DNA from: Lama guanicoe
Lineage: Eukaryota
Direction: 5' to 3'
DNA length: 64,000 nucleotides
Assembly (NCBI GenBank): GCA_013239625.1
Contig: MU053487.1
Coordinates: 2,067,058-2,131,057 of the forward strand
In this document: piece after piece, positions 37,213 to 50,400 of the stretch
How positions within the stretch are numbered: the stretch's first letter is position 1
How the letters are laid out: each line of letters opens with the position of its first letter
Notes under the pieces: model-generated
What the model was told of the DNA's origin: nothing
Seen by the model: only the letters and a program-made list of their open reading frames with translations
The model's database searches: none
Made by a program: the position numbers and the translations under genes

Positions 37213-37277
37213 TGTTCACGTACCCAGAAAATGGCACTGACGATTTCAGAGACCAAGCAAAGAACATAAACCACCAG
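37213..37277 (+). CDS. STAC: STAC coding exon 7
   Basis: Acceptor ctcctgcAG|, donor |GTattt; 65 nt, phase 1 to 0. Translates (V)FTYPENGTDDFRDQAKNINHQ. Confidence 0.94.
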
Positions 37278-37509
37278 GTATTTACGGATATTACGGAATA
37301 CAGACCAGAACGAGGTCCTTAGGTCACACTGTAGGTCACCACCCAAGTGGGTCATGAAATCAGTTTAGTGGATCCCAGACTAGCATTTTCAGAGATGAGA
37401 GTAATGAAGCGGAACATACCATAGCAAAGGTAGCTTGGAGTCAAATAGAAATATCACAGTGCATCCAAGGTAAAAAGGATAAATATTATACTGTGCACTT
37501 TTGTTTCTG

Positions 37510-37975
37510 TTACGTATGTTACATCCAAGTTGATATACGCTCTATAGTGTGTAAATTATATAATCATATATCATGACTTATTTACATAGTACTTACATAC
37601 TATAGCATCTAAGTACATACTACTATATTTTATGTAAATATACATATATAAATAGAACAGAATAATATTGAGCTTGGATAGCCGAGCAAATCATAGATGA
37701 AAAGAAAACAGCTGTCTGCAAGTTTGGTTTAGGTCTTCTATACATGGCATACATTTATTATATTATCATGTATTTCAATATACTGTACAATTATATTTAC
37801 ATATGTAATGTATACATATGTAATGATATAGTATATAATACGTTATATATTGTAGAATCTTAAATTTATTATGTATATTGTAAAGTCTAAACACTTAAAT
37901 AACATTAACATTTATGTAGTTAATAATTAACAACTAATATTTGTATAACATTTATAAGGCTATTGTATAGTCTAC
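37510..37975. repeat. AT-rich low-complexity tract
   Basis: Degenerate TA/TAC/ATGT repeats with very low GC. Confidence 0.6.
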
Positions 37976-38611
37976 AAATTGGGGACACAATCTACCTCCC
38001 AGGTGCTGTTGCCAGGTTGGAGTATGCTAATGCAGGTACTGTAAGGCCTGGCACACAGTCAGCTATTGAAAATGGCAGCTTTTATCTTTATTACTGCAAG
38101 GTTTCATAGCCAGTAGATGGTGGTACCATGATATATACTAAATCAGTCTGATGCCAAAATCTATGCTCTTTCCTGGAATGAACTCGTTGCCAGATGAAAA
38201 TATCTGGGTCCCTTTGATATACTAGACACCAAACTTTAAGGTAACTGGTAAAAAGTCCATTTTAGGAATTGGAAGCTGTTTGCCACTATTCACATGGCTC
38301 CTGTCTATAGAGGGAATGTTCTCTTGCCTGGGCCCAAGCCTGTTATCACCTTTCATGAACAACTGTATCAAAAAATGGCTTTGATGAAAATATTTAGGAT
38401 TTCTGACAAAGAGTTCTACAGCAGTATTTTCATATGGTTTGTAATGAGATCAAACTCAGCTAGGAAATGAAAAATGAAGTCTTTGACAACGGTTAGATAT
38501 TTTAACACAAGATCCACTCCCTAGAATTACATGTAGCTTTTCCATTTCCTATTTTCTTTCTTCTCTCCATGTCTTCCTCCTTCCTTCTCTCACTTTTATC
38601 TTCTCTTTCAG

Positions 38612-38700
38612 GGACCTCTTTGCAAAGACCCATTACAGATGAACACCTATGTTGCCTTGTACAAATTTATCCCACAAGAGAATGAAGATTTGGAGATGAG
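38612..38700 (+). CDS. STAC: STAC coding exon 8; start of the first SH3 domain
   Basis: Long pyrimidine tract then ttcAG|, donor |GTaaaa; 89 nt, phase 0 to 2. Translates GPLCKDPLQMNTYVALYKFIPQENEDLEM(R), with the SH3 YVALYxF signature. Confidence 0.96.
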
Positions 38701-38834
38701 GTAAAAATATTTTTTTAAAGAACAAAGAGGATGAAAAAAAATGCTGTAGTCAATGTTGTTCCAGGTGAAAAAACAGTAATTCTATTTGTGCTACCTCCAA
38801 ATTCCTTAGAGGAGTGACTCAGATGTTACTGTGC

Positions 38835-38985
38835 AGAGCTGGTTAACACAGACCGCTGGGTCTCATCCCAGGGGTTTCTGATTCAGCAGGGCCGAAGTGG
38901 GGCTTGAACATTTGCAGTTCCTGCTGGTCTGCAGGTGATGGTGCTGCTGCTGCTGGTCCGGGGACCACACTTTGAGAAGCATGGT
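38835..38985 (-). mobile_element. MER5A-like hAT element
   Basis: tttctgattcagcagg...atttgcagttc...gctgctggtccggggaccacactttgagaagca. Confidence 0.7.
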
Positions 38986-39269
38986 TAGTACATTAGCAGT
39001 AAAACTGCTACTGGGAATTTTCATGAAAGTTGAGCATCCTGTAGCGTCTAATAGGGAACCAAAAATGTATTTACCGCCCGAATTAACACTGATTGAAGAA
39101 TACAACTAAAACTCTGCTTATCCTGCCAGAGACAGGCAGCGCCCCCTGTCTCGATATTTTGGGAACTGTTCCATATTATGGTAACTGACACACAGGGAGG
39201 GCAGGTGAGCCGGCGTGAGAGCTCACACTTTCTCTGGACCACAGTTTACCACTTCCTTGTGCTTCAGGG

Positions 39270-39905
39270 GTAGTTGAGCTGGAGTCAATCCTGTGTTCAC
39301 ATTCTACTTCCTGTGTGACCGTAAGCAAGTTTTAAACACCTCCTTACTCTGATTTCCTTACAAAAGAATAATAATGACCTCTCCCCTTAAGGCATTTTTG
39401 AGGATGAAATGAGTATGTCTTGTTGTAGAAAAATGTGTTACAGCTCAGTTGTAACAGCAACCTGGATCCGGGGGAGAGACCAAGCAGCACTCAGAGAGTT
39501 GGAGAACTCAGGTTTATTACGCCGCGGGCCCAGAGGAGTCAACACTCCAAGCTCTGGACCCCGTCTGCAGATTTACACGGGCTTTTATAGGCTGCCAGTT
39601 TACACTTTGCAACATCATATGCAAATAAGGTATAACAAAAGTTGAAACTAACTAGGAACAAGCTTTGTAGAAATGGACCAATCAGGAGTGAGCTCAGGGA
39701 ACCAACAGCATTTTAGGATTAAGTTCCACTTGTTTAGAAGTAAGCCCTTTCAGAGGCAAAAAGTGAGATAGAGCCTCTGGGCCAGGGAACTGGATAGTGC
39801 TGACAGGAGAGTAGTGGCCCTGCCGGTCTTTTTTATGGGGCTTCCCACCTCAGTTTCATAAAGCACACAGCACAGTCAGTGTAAACACTCAGGAACTGGT
39901 AGTCA
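39270..39905 (+). mobile_element. MIR remnant split by a solo LTR
   Basis: ctgtgtgaccgtaagcaagtt...tgaggatgaaatgag on the left of the LTR and cataaagcacacagcacagt on the right. Confidence 0.6.
39421..39852 (-). mobile_element. Solo ERV LTR (ERV1-like), antisense to STAC
   Basis: TG...CA termini; 4-bp flanks gtct/gttt (TSD with one mismatch). On the minus strand, CTATAAAA (39583-39590) precedes AATAAA (39513-39518). CCAAT at 39678-39682 and octamer ATGCAAAT at 39619-39626. Confidence 0.8.
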
Positions 39906-41999
39906 TCACAGTTTTTGTAATGTGGTGTTCACCGGCCTGTTTCAGAGGAAAGACCTCACCCCTTCCCACTAATCGTGACCCAGAACACAAGGATCTCAGC
40001 AGAAGGCTTTGGCGTTTTCCAGTCTTAGAGCAGGATACAAGGGGCTGCTTTTCTAGCCAAATGGGCCCTTAGAGTGGGTTCTTTCCTCTTCAGAAGAGAG
40101 TGGACAGAGAAATTAGCACGAAAAACCATGTAAATGTCAGAGCATTAGGGAAACAGCCTTCATTCTGGGGTGGGCTCCACTTGTCTGAATGCCCTGCAGG
40201 CCGCGTTCTCAGTCCCTGGCCGGCCCCTGCAGACGGCTTCTGGAACGCCTTGTCTCCACCCTGCAGCTGTCTGGCTCTTCCACATCCTCAGGTCTGTGCC
40301 ACTTCCCTGCATGGTCCCTCTGGCTTTGCCAGAATATGGTTCCTCCTCTGTGGAATCAGCCTTTTTTTCTTCCAGTTTCCCCCAGGCTCCTTAAGAGGAG
40401 AGAGCTACCAGACACCTCCACTTAGCATGTGTTTCCAGGGTCCCATATGCCATGGGGCCACCCTCAGCAGCTCAGCTGCCCCTCAGGGTGCATCACCCAG
40501 CGAGACTCCGTAGCAGATGAAAGTGTCCTGCAGGAGTCTGGCAGCTCTGCCCACCTCTGCCCTCACACCCAGGGTCACCTTGGTTTCATTATTCATCTGT
40601 ACTCGGATTCTTAGGCCTTTCCAGAACAGAGTTCAGGCCTGGATCCCAGCTCCTTAGATTTATTCAGACAATTAGGCTCTCCATCTGCATCTTCCCCATC
40701 CTTGAGGGAGAATCACCATGCTGAACTCACTGGCTGGAGCTGGAAACATTATCCAAACAGCATGGCTTTGATGCGGCAGGAGATGGCGTTGATCAGGGGA
40801 AGCCCTGTTCTATCAAAGATGCAGCAAACCCTGCCCAGCAGAGCCTGCCTGGGCTTCATCGCTGGGGTGGTGCCTTGCCCTCAACTCAGAGTCTACAGTT
40901 AACCATCTGCTGATGAAACAAGGATGACCTGTATTTACTTTGCAATAAGTAGTATACTGGATCCTTCTTGAGGTTACCATCTGGGTGTCTACAATTTAAA
41001 ATTTAACAACTCCCCATTGTGCAGGTCCCACAGTTTTATGTTAGAAGGTTTTTCTGAAGTCAACAGATGGGAAAAACAACCCCAGAGAAATCTAGAAAGG
41101 TACTGGGGTACTGAGGAATGAAGTCTAACTGCCTGGTGGTAGTCATAAGTTTGGGGGCTTATTTTAGTCAGTTGCAGGCCATTAAAAGTCAAGTCATCTG
41201 GTCACGAATCAAACGTTTACAGTCTGCTTCGAGGCAAACAGGACTATTCATTCCCAGGAGTGAAATGTCTGCGTAACATAGACTGTAAGATTGGAGTGAT
41301 AAATCATACTTACTTTTTTTTTTTTTTTGCAAAGGGACTAGGTTCCCATTTTAAAAGCCAAGCTCTTGATTTAGAATGTGTAAGGCAGTGCTTTGGAGAT
41401 TTAGTATAATTCCTTGAATGAACTGGGGCTTTGTGAAATATCTTTTTCTCCTTAAACCATAAAGTAGAAAAAGCAAATCCCTGATCCCACCTGTGTTCGG
41501 ATTCAGGGCATCGTGCCGGGTATTATCCTCAGGAAAGAGAACAAAGGATGTGAGAGCACAGGGGATGCTAGGAGTGAACGATGTCACCACCTGCCCATCT
41601 CCTCTGCTTTGTAACCACAGGGCACCTCACAGTCTCTGAACCTCTGTTTTCTCATCTGGAAAATAAGGATGCAAGGCCTGCCCTTATAGGATGTCTGTGA
41701 CTAAATAAGATAACACCTGGTACACAGTAGGAGTTTAATAATGTTAGCTCCCATCAATTCTGTTTAGACTCCAGAAGTAGATGCTTCCTTTTCAGACTTA
41801 CGAAGTAAGAGACAGTGAACACATCAACATGGACTCACTGAATATTTAAGAGTAAAAAGTATGGGCATCACTTGACCTGGGTTTAAGCCCTCACCGAGCC
41901 ACTCACTGGCGGTGTGAGTGAAGTCTGGGGGCGTTCCCCAAGCCGTCCAAGCCTCTGCTTCTATGCTGCTTCTATGCCTCATGGTGCCTGTCTTAAGTC

Positions 42000-42590
42000 T
42001 GCTCATGACATTGCTTTGAACTCCAATGTCCTCACGTTTCCCTTAGGTCAAGACCAGAATATCTCCAGGGACCTCTAGGACCCACAGTCTCGTCCCTGGT
42101 GACTTTCCTGCTGTGTCTTGCACCACTGCTCCCCTCACCTCTCTGCTCCATCCACACTGGCCTTTAGTCCCCAAGAAGGACTACACCACCACCTGCCGAG
42201 GAACCTTTCTTCCTGCTTCCTGCTCCACCCCATCCCCCATCTTGCTACCCGTCCACCACCACCACCGTCACACACAGACACACACACACTCACTTGACTG
42301 TTACGTACGCACTAGATCTCAGCTCTGATTTCACATCCTGGGCACAGCCTTTCCTGATACCCTCTGCTGTGTACTTTCCTAACACTGTATTTTTTTTTTC
42401 CTTCAAAGCACTAATTTCATCTTGTACTTATGTATTTCTGGGATTCTTTGGTTAACTTCTATCCCCCTTGTAAACCCCATGAGGGAAAAAAATCTGTGTT
42501 GGCTAATAACCCTTAGGTCCCTGGAGGTTAGTACAGTTCTTGAAACACAGTGGATGCTTAATAAATATTTCATGAATGAATGAATGAGTA
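42000..42590 (+). mobile_element. L2 3' remnant
   Basis: Ends acacagtggatgcttaataaatatttcatgaatgaatgaatg, the L2 (TGAA)n tail. Confidence 0.65.
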
Positions 42591-45500
42591 TTGTGGAGAT
42601 GAAATGAATGAACTAATGCTGTGCCTGGCATAGACAGTGAGCAGGCAGCTAAAGTCCATGATCACATCATAAAAACTATAAAGGAGGAGCAAGCCAAGCT
42701 CAGAGGGGTAAACAGGACCTGTTTCCTAGAGGAGACAAGCCCTGGGCCCAGGGTGAATAATGATGATTTGTCAAGAAGAAATTGTAGAAAAAGAGACCAG
42801 AAGTAGCCAGTAGTCATAGTCACAAAGAACAAAGGATTTCAGACAGTTTGGAAGAAGCCCTGCCAAGCCTTCACTGGAATACTCACAGTTTGGGGATGGA
42901 GGGGTGGGATCAGAGGAGACAGGGAAGCTGCCTCCTTATTCTTCACGCAGTGAGTCTCCCTCTTAGAGGTGCTGTGGTCCCAAGATTAGTCTCCAAATGC
43001 TGTCCAAAGGCAGACGCTTCAAAGCACCATCTGCTTTGTTACAGTTTCCGTGTAAAATAAACTTGTTCATAAATTCATCTGCTGTTACCTACTCAAATGT
43101 CTGGAGCCCACAGACCAGGATGATGCTCTGCTCTCCCACCATCGCGGGCAGAGGAGAGAGAACAAGGTGGCAGGGCACAAAGGAGCAGGATCTCGCATCA
43201 GACAGACCTGGGTCTGCCTTCCAGCTCTGACCCATGCTGGCTGCATCGATTTGAGCAAAGTGTTTACTCTCTTGCAGCCTCCATTTTCTCCCTCCCAGGG
43301 AGACAGTATTTAATGAGATAATCTAAGTAAAATACGAGATTTCATGCCCAGAACAAAGTGAGGTGCTCAATATATTGACTTTCGATTTTCACATTTTATT
43401 CCCTGGGCTTCTGATCAACATCATTACCACCACCGTAAAGATACATAGTGGAGAAAACACAGTTAGAGCCTCTCTCTAGACTTCAAGCACATCCAAGGAG
43501 ACTTTCTCTCATTGACCTGGCGTTAAGGAGGCTGTGACCCCGTGGCCCTCATCTTCTGAGTAGGTTCTGTGGTTGCTGACCTGACAGCTAGAGTTGCGGG
43601 ATTTTCGCACTGAAGCCTAAGCGGTGATTCCACCATGCAAGGGCTCTCCAGACCACTGGTGACCATCTGAGGTCTGGTAATGTCAAACAGCCACCAGGTT
43701 TCTGAGTGTAATGAACTTGTATAGTAGACAACCTCCTATAATTAAGGATCTTAGACAATTTCAACCCATAACCCTTATTAGCAAATTTTTGAAGAGCCCT
43801 GAAAATTACTTTATGGAATGCCAGCTTAATCCATGAGCACAGCTGTTTATAATGGTCCTGAGATACAGACTAGAGAACCTCAGAATCCTCAGCACTGCCA
43901 CCACTGTTCCTACACTGCCTCGTGAACTCACAACGGCCGTGTGTCAACTCATCCCCCTGGCCAAGGGCGCGAATAGGTATGTGTGATACACTCACATATG
44001 CACAGATACACTCCCACACACCCATAGGCGATGCACAAACTCACACATTCACAGACTCACAAATACATGTGCATATTTTACACACATATACACACTCACA
44101 CACTAGCAAAAGCTTGATAAACACATGCCTTTTGATGAAAGTTACCCCTACTCTAGACATTGAAGATGGAACCAGCCCCATTATCCTCTGCGAAACATAC
44201 TTATAGACATCACTTACTATTCACACCAACGCACCTTCTTTTAAAATCAGTAAGAATAACTTCAGTGGCTTTGCTGAGTTGATATCGCTTAAATAATCAG
44301 CAGATGTAAATAACTCTGAGTAAGCACAAATCCTTAACACATCAGAGGGACTTTGAAATAAAAGATCAAGAATAAGTAAAAGACTCAGAGATCCAAATGC
44401 ATATTGTAGTGACCATATATGCCTATTCCAGAGTCCATTTTGCCTTTCCACATCTAAGTCATTTTCATTTTTATTAGTTCTCCCCCAAACAGAGTTATAT
44501 GATAATGGCCACATTTCATAAGGGGAAAGAGAGAGAGAGAGAGAAATTTACAAGCCAAGAGGGGGATGAGAGGGACTGCTTTTCGCATATTATTAAATTC
44601 TAAGATACAAATTAATTGCTACTCAATGTGTGTGTCAGAACACCTAAGTTTGGAGGGCTTCAAAGAAAAACATATCTTATTTTGTAACCCCAAATTTTGA
44701 TTTAGAGTCTTGAGTCTCTGGACTCTTTTTTGGAAGCAGTTAGTCTCGGATTTTTCCATGGGTGAGTCTGAGCAAAACCAGGCAAGCATTTGTCTCATTA
44801 GTTAATATTCACAAGAACCTCTGGAGACGGGATGGATGGCCTGAATTCACCTCTTCCTGACTGACTCAAAGCATCACTTGAAAACAAGTTAAAAAGGGGA
44901 TTTTAACCCTTGTGTGGCTGTTGCCAGGATTTGTTCCATCTCCCCACCACTCATCACACGTGAATGAGCACGTACTTCCTGCTGGGTGAAGAGATCACAG
45001 GCCCTGTTCTCAAAGAGCTCCAGTGGTCATGAGGCTGGGGGCCCAGACTAGAAGAGTGGACAAGAAAGTACCTCCAGCGTGAGGTCTTGTGGGTGGGAAG
45101 GTGGTCCAGGATGCTGCTGCCGTGCCTTAAGGAGGCATCAGAGCAGCCTTGGGAGGTCAGGAAAAGCTTTACAAGGAGGTGGCTTCGCAGCCAAGCCAGA
45201 GCTGCCAGAAAGAGGGACATGGGTGCCTGCGCAGCTTGGTTAGTGAGCAGCGAGGAAACGACAGTGGGAGAATAGGTTAAACTACAGAACAAAAGAATTA
45301 TCTTATGACACACCAAATGCAGGGCAAGTGCAAACCCCCCTTACAAAAGGAGTGGCAGAAATTCATCGCAGAAGCATATTTAGATTACTGTATTCATTCC
45401 AATCTTCATTCTAAATAAAGAATGTCTTAAAATTAATTAAAGCTTAGCAAATGGACACCTCACTGTTTAGTTCATATTCCAAAGAGACAATTTATGGTCC

Positions 45501-48500
45501 TTTCACCTTTTGAGGGGAGAGAGGGAGAATCAAGTCCAGGAACTCAGGTTAGAAAGTGGTAACTGAGGGCTAGAGCCCAGGGAGGCAGACTCTTCTTGGT
45601 CCGCGCGTCTTTCTCCTACCCCAAACTTTCCATCCTATGTTCATGGTGGTAGGTTTCCTCTCTGAGAAGGCTGACCATTTGTAGTCATCAGCAGATTCAG
45701 ACAGTGTATACACTTCTCCCATTTTGGCCACTCACATCACTCATTAATCTTTTAGGATCATTAAGTCTAGTTGGAAAGAACAGGAAACTTGTGATTTATA
45801 GAGTGTGTTCATGAAAAGTCATTCCTGGTCAAGAATCATTTTTAAAAATTAAGATAAAATCCTACTTATGCAAATATACAGTAAACACATGTCAGAATTT
45901 TAATTTGAATCATTAATGAATGAGAGAACCAGTACAATGTCATATCTGGGTCAAATGAGGAGCCACACATCACAGGTACATAGGCAATTAGGAGTGTTGA
46001 TGTGAATTTACAAATAGGTGCAAAACCGGTCAGTGCTCTCGGGGTAATAATTGACTACATTCTCCCAGACACAGTGCACTTGCCTTTCTATGGATAAGAA
46101 TCATTTGCATTATTATCAATTTTCTGTAACTTGCAGACATGTAAAAGAGCTCAAATTTATACTGAAAGGGAGATAACCCAGAAGACAGAACCCTCAGATC
46201 AGTCATCCTTCTTGCCCATTTCAAAGTCTTCCAAACCGTCTCCGACAGCCCTTTGCATTCTTTTAACAAATCAAGGACATTACTCATAGCAAGTAGTATT
46301 TTTACAAAGGAGAAAATTACGGCTAGGATGATTAAACCACTTGTTACAACCTATAAGAATCTCCTGGAGAATATTATTAAAACAGAGATTCCTGGACCAC
46401 CCCCAGGCCTAAAGAGTCAGGTCCCACTTGGAAATCTGTGTAGTTAAATGTTTCCCGGGATTCTGATTATCTGCCAGACTTGAGAACAACTGTGACTCAT
46501 CTGACTGCTCCAAAGATGCACAGTGGGCCAGCGGCCAACCCCAAACCAGAATACAGGTTTCCTGGTCCTCCAACAATGCTCAGTGTGGTGATCTGCGTTG
46601 GGCTTCTGGCTTGTGACTTATTAGGTAATGTCCTTCACTCTGTACGGTCGTATAAGCCTTCCATGAAGTAAGAAAAGGAGAGCCCTTGAGACAGAGTAAG
46701 ACAAAGTAGGACTCTCTTGGTGTCTCATTTCCATTCTCTAAGTACATCACTGCTTGGCAAATCCATCAGCTTAATTAAAACTAAATGTAATTCTGATGCA
46801 CAAATTTGATTTAAAAACAAGCTTCACAGTCACCAGGACATCAAAATGCAATTAAGGCTATTTGAGGAAAGTCTCTGATGCATATTATGCTCCGATGCTG
46901 CACTGTGTCAAGAAACCCATGTCTTCCCAAATGTCGCTAATGTGTTTAGCAGCCTCCCTCTCACTCAAATGCCTTTTTCAGTTAGGTTCTGGAGAGCGTG
47001 ATCCCTGACAGTTCAGGAACATTTACCAAATCCCATCCAAGTGGCCCTTTAGCTGAAAGTTTGTTCTCCGAGCTGGCCTGGACTTGAGAAGGTGCAGGCG
47101 TCTTACAGATGCCAGACTTAAGACTAAATCAGACTGCAGAGTTCAGGAGTTCCTTGTTACCTGCCCACGTGCTCAGGCTATAAAAGGCTTTGGACCAGGA
47201 TGATGGAAACTGAGAAATGGGCCTGGCGAAAAACTAAGCAGTAGCCCTCAAACTAACGGAGCAGAGAGACAGGCTCCTGGCCTCGCTCCCTCAGCGTGGG
47301 TTTCTCCAGGAGATCTGTTTTGGCTGAGTGACGGCGGCTGATTTGGGGTTCTTTTTGCCTAGTGAATCAGAAAGTGTAAGAAATATAAAAATATCCTCAA
47401 ATAGTTGCAGAGTAAATTGGACAATTCTAATGAGTTTTCACAAAGTTTGAGTGGGACCAGAGGCAGCAAGATCTAGTGGAGTGAGAGGCAGAATTAAACC
47501 CCACCTGTAAGTGGTGAAGTCTCTTCCTGACTGACTGACTTGTGCGAAAATGCACCTGGTCATGCCACTTCCTTCAGTGAACATTGCCACCCTCTCAGGC
47601 TCTGTGACAGCTCCTCAACCCTCCCAGCATCTCCCCTGCCTTCAGCCACCTCCCAACATCTCCCCTGCCATCAGCCACCTGGGTCATAGAGTACTCATTC
47701 CACCCGGGGCCTTGCCACACCTCTCTGGTCACTACCTGGAGTCAAGGGGCAAGAGAGATGGGGGGATGAGGGTGTCAAAAGAAACACTTCCAAAACTCTG
47801 AATTACGTCAAAGGTCAACATCTGAAGCCACTTAAGAGGTCAAAGATTAATACATTAATCAACTGTCCCTGCCAAAACCTACATGGACACCCAACCTAGA
47901 AGGTACTGATTACTAAATCTCCCCATTTCCCAGTGAAAAACTACATTTTTTAAGAGGAAATTAGAATTTTAAAGCCCTATTGTGTATCAGTTACAGGGCT
48001 AAAGACTTCCACATATGTGTTCTCATTTAATTAACTTAGCAACTTTGTAAATAAAATACAGATACTGAATTTTAAAAAGTCATATACGTTTGGAATTTTT
48101 GTTCGTGGCCAAGTCTGCACATTTGTGCTCTTTTAGCATACTTCTCATTTAGCAATGACACTGACTGTAAATACCTTTTACGTCTTTCCCCTTTAAGATT
48201 ACCAGCATATTGAGGGCAGTAACTATTTCTTAACAACTACAATAGCAACCATCCCCTGTGGGCTGATTATCTAAATGTGCTTCACAAGTATTAACTCATT
48301 TCATCCACAAAAAAAGTTGAGGTATTTTATTATTAGGTATAATAAATATTATAATAATATGAGGTATATTATAATCTTCACCTGACAGATAACAAAATGG
48401 ATGCTTAGACTAATCTTTTCATCTCTGTACCCTCAGGCCACACCCAAGACCGAATGTGTCATACGCATTCAAAAATACTTGAATGGCACCTAATTTCCTT

Positions 48501-49839
48501 CCGCTCAGTAGGCAGAGATAAAGGGATTAAGAAAGTCAAATTTCCTTTGTAGTCCAGTATATTCACTATCAGCTGAAACATGACGAAAGCAAGGAGAGCC
48601 CAGAGCATGCCGCCTCGTCCCGGTGCTTCCCCTGGGAGGGCCGGGCTGAGGTCTCGGGTTGCCTCAGACAGTGGAGAAGGTACTTCTCGGAAGCAGTGAC
48701 CTCACGGGGAGGGTGTCAGTGTCTCCACCCCCGGGAATCTGCTCTGTATGGGGAACTGAGAGGGGCTGGGCAGGGGGCCTCAGGGCAACGCACAGTCCAC
48801 TCTCCAGGAGCTCCCATCCACAGAAGACTAAACTGCCTTCATCACGCCTTGCAGAAGAGTTCCCTGTAGATGCCAGCGCTCACTTGCCACATTCACGTAC
48901 TCTGTGTACACTGTGCCCTCCGCGTCCCTGAAACCAGTTTACCCAATCAAGGGCAAGATGAGTTGCTATGGGCAAGATGAGCTGCTATGTGCAAGTGGAA
49001 AACTGACAAATGAGGGAGGCAGAGGACTGAAAATGACCCCAGATAGCAACCGTACAGCTCACACACACATACGCATAAACACGTACACACACGAACCACG
49101 CCGCCCTCCTCACCAGTACTAGCCGATTCTGTAGTTGGCTTTTGTTATTTCATTCCTACTCCTATTGATGGCCCACAGTTTCCTCATTTCGAGATTTTTC
49201 ATAGATCATGATATTACCAATGTGAAAATCTTCCTCTGGGTTTAAGACACATTTGCCTGAACAAACTTTAAAAAGCAAAGGCCAGCTGCACTGTTCTGAT
49301 CTGTCTGCTCCAAACAGGACACTCATGTTGGTATTGTTTACTGAGTGCATTATACTTTTTATCACGGTATCTGATTCTGGGTTACAACACAGCAGAATTT
49401 CCACCTAAACTTAGGATGCTCTGATTGAATTAGAAAAATTTGGCTTTTTTGGTTTTTTTTTTTCCAAGTATTTGGAGGTCCTGACAAGTTTGTCTCCAAG
49501 AATTTGGAAATAAAGATAGAATTCAATTATAAAATCTATACATTATGAAAGGATTAGGAACATAAAGTCACATAAAAGAAAGAATATTCCTGTTAGACCA
49601 GAACAGGGCTTCCTTTGAACATGCCTGGAATATGATACCTCGAAATAAGAAAGAGTTGTTTTATGTAGGGGCCCAGGCGGCCACAGAGGCAGGAAACGAC
49701 CGGAGGTGGAGTCACACACAGCAGTGACCATCCCAGGACCTAGCAAGGGAAGGCGGATTGTAGGCATTAGGCCGCCATTCCCCTGGGGTCAGTGGCAAGG
49801 TTCTCCCTGTGTAGAACAGGTGGGCAGAATGTTGAATTG

Positions 49840-50275
49840 AGTTCTTTGATGGCAGGACAGAGCACATCGACCCCACATGTAGGAGAGGGCAACTCAGGTG
49901 AAAACAGGTTGAGAAGAGAACTCACCGTTGGGAGTGAAAAGCTGTCACACAGGGTCACACGGGGCCAACCTGGGAGTCAGGGGAACAGCGGCTGGAGCCA
50001 TAGGGGCAGCTTATGTACAGCCAGCAGCGGGGGTTAGTGAGGGCCCCCGGGCTCCCTGGGGACTCGCTGATTTGAATAATTTCACAGACTCCAGGGTGTA
50101 GAGGCTGTCCCTGGTTGTCTGGTACCTGGCCCCGGGGCAGTCGGGGCCAGGGCTGGTACTCAGTGCCCTGATACAGTCCAGCCCGAAAAGGGAAGCGGTG
50201 CAGGGTGTTGACTTAATCAGCTGTTTAAGGGAAACTGACCAATCTCTAGCCATAGTTTCAAAACTGGGTCGACTT
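49840..50275 (-). mobile_element. Old ERVL-class LTR (MER74/MER54-like)
   Basis: tttgaataatttcac...ggctgtccctggttgtctggtacctggccc...gacttaatcagctg...ctctagcc...tcaaaactgggtc matches ERVL LTR consensus features as I recall them. Confidence 0.55.
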
Positions 50276-50284
50276 TTTTTTTTA

Positions 50285-50400
50285 ATAAGTTTAAAATATT
50301 GAACATGAAAAGGAATATGTATGTATAACTGAATCACTGTGCTGTACATCAGAAAGTAACACAACACTGTAAATTGACTATACTCCAATTTTTAAAAATT
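50285..50400 (+). mobile_element. L1 3'-terminal fragment
   Basis: tgtataactgaatcactgtgctgtacatcagaaagtaacacaacactgtaaattgactatactccaatt. Confidence 0.7.

Noticed and set aside
44851..47536. Identical 16-mer CTCTTCCTGACTGACT at 44851 and 47521
   Set aside because: A 16-nt match of this kind is roughly expected by chance in 64 kb, and the flanks do not align.
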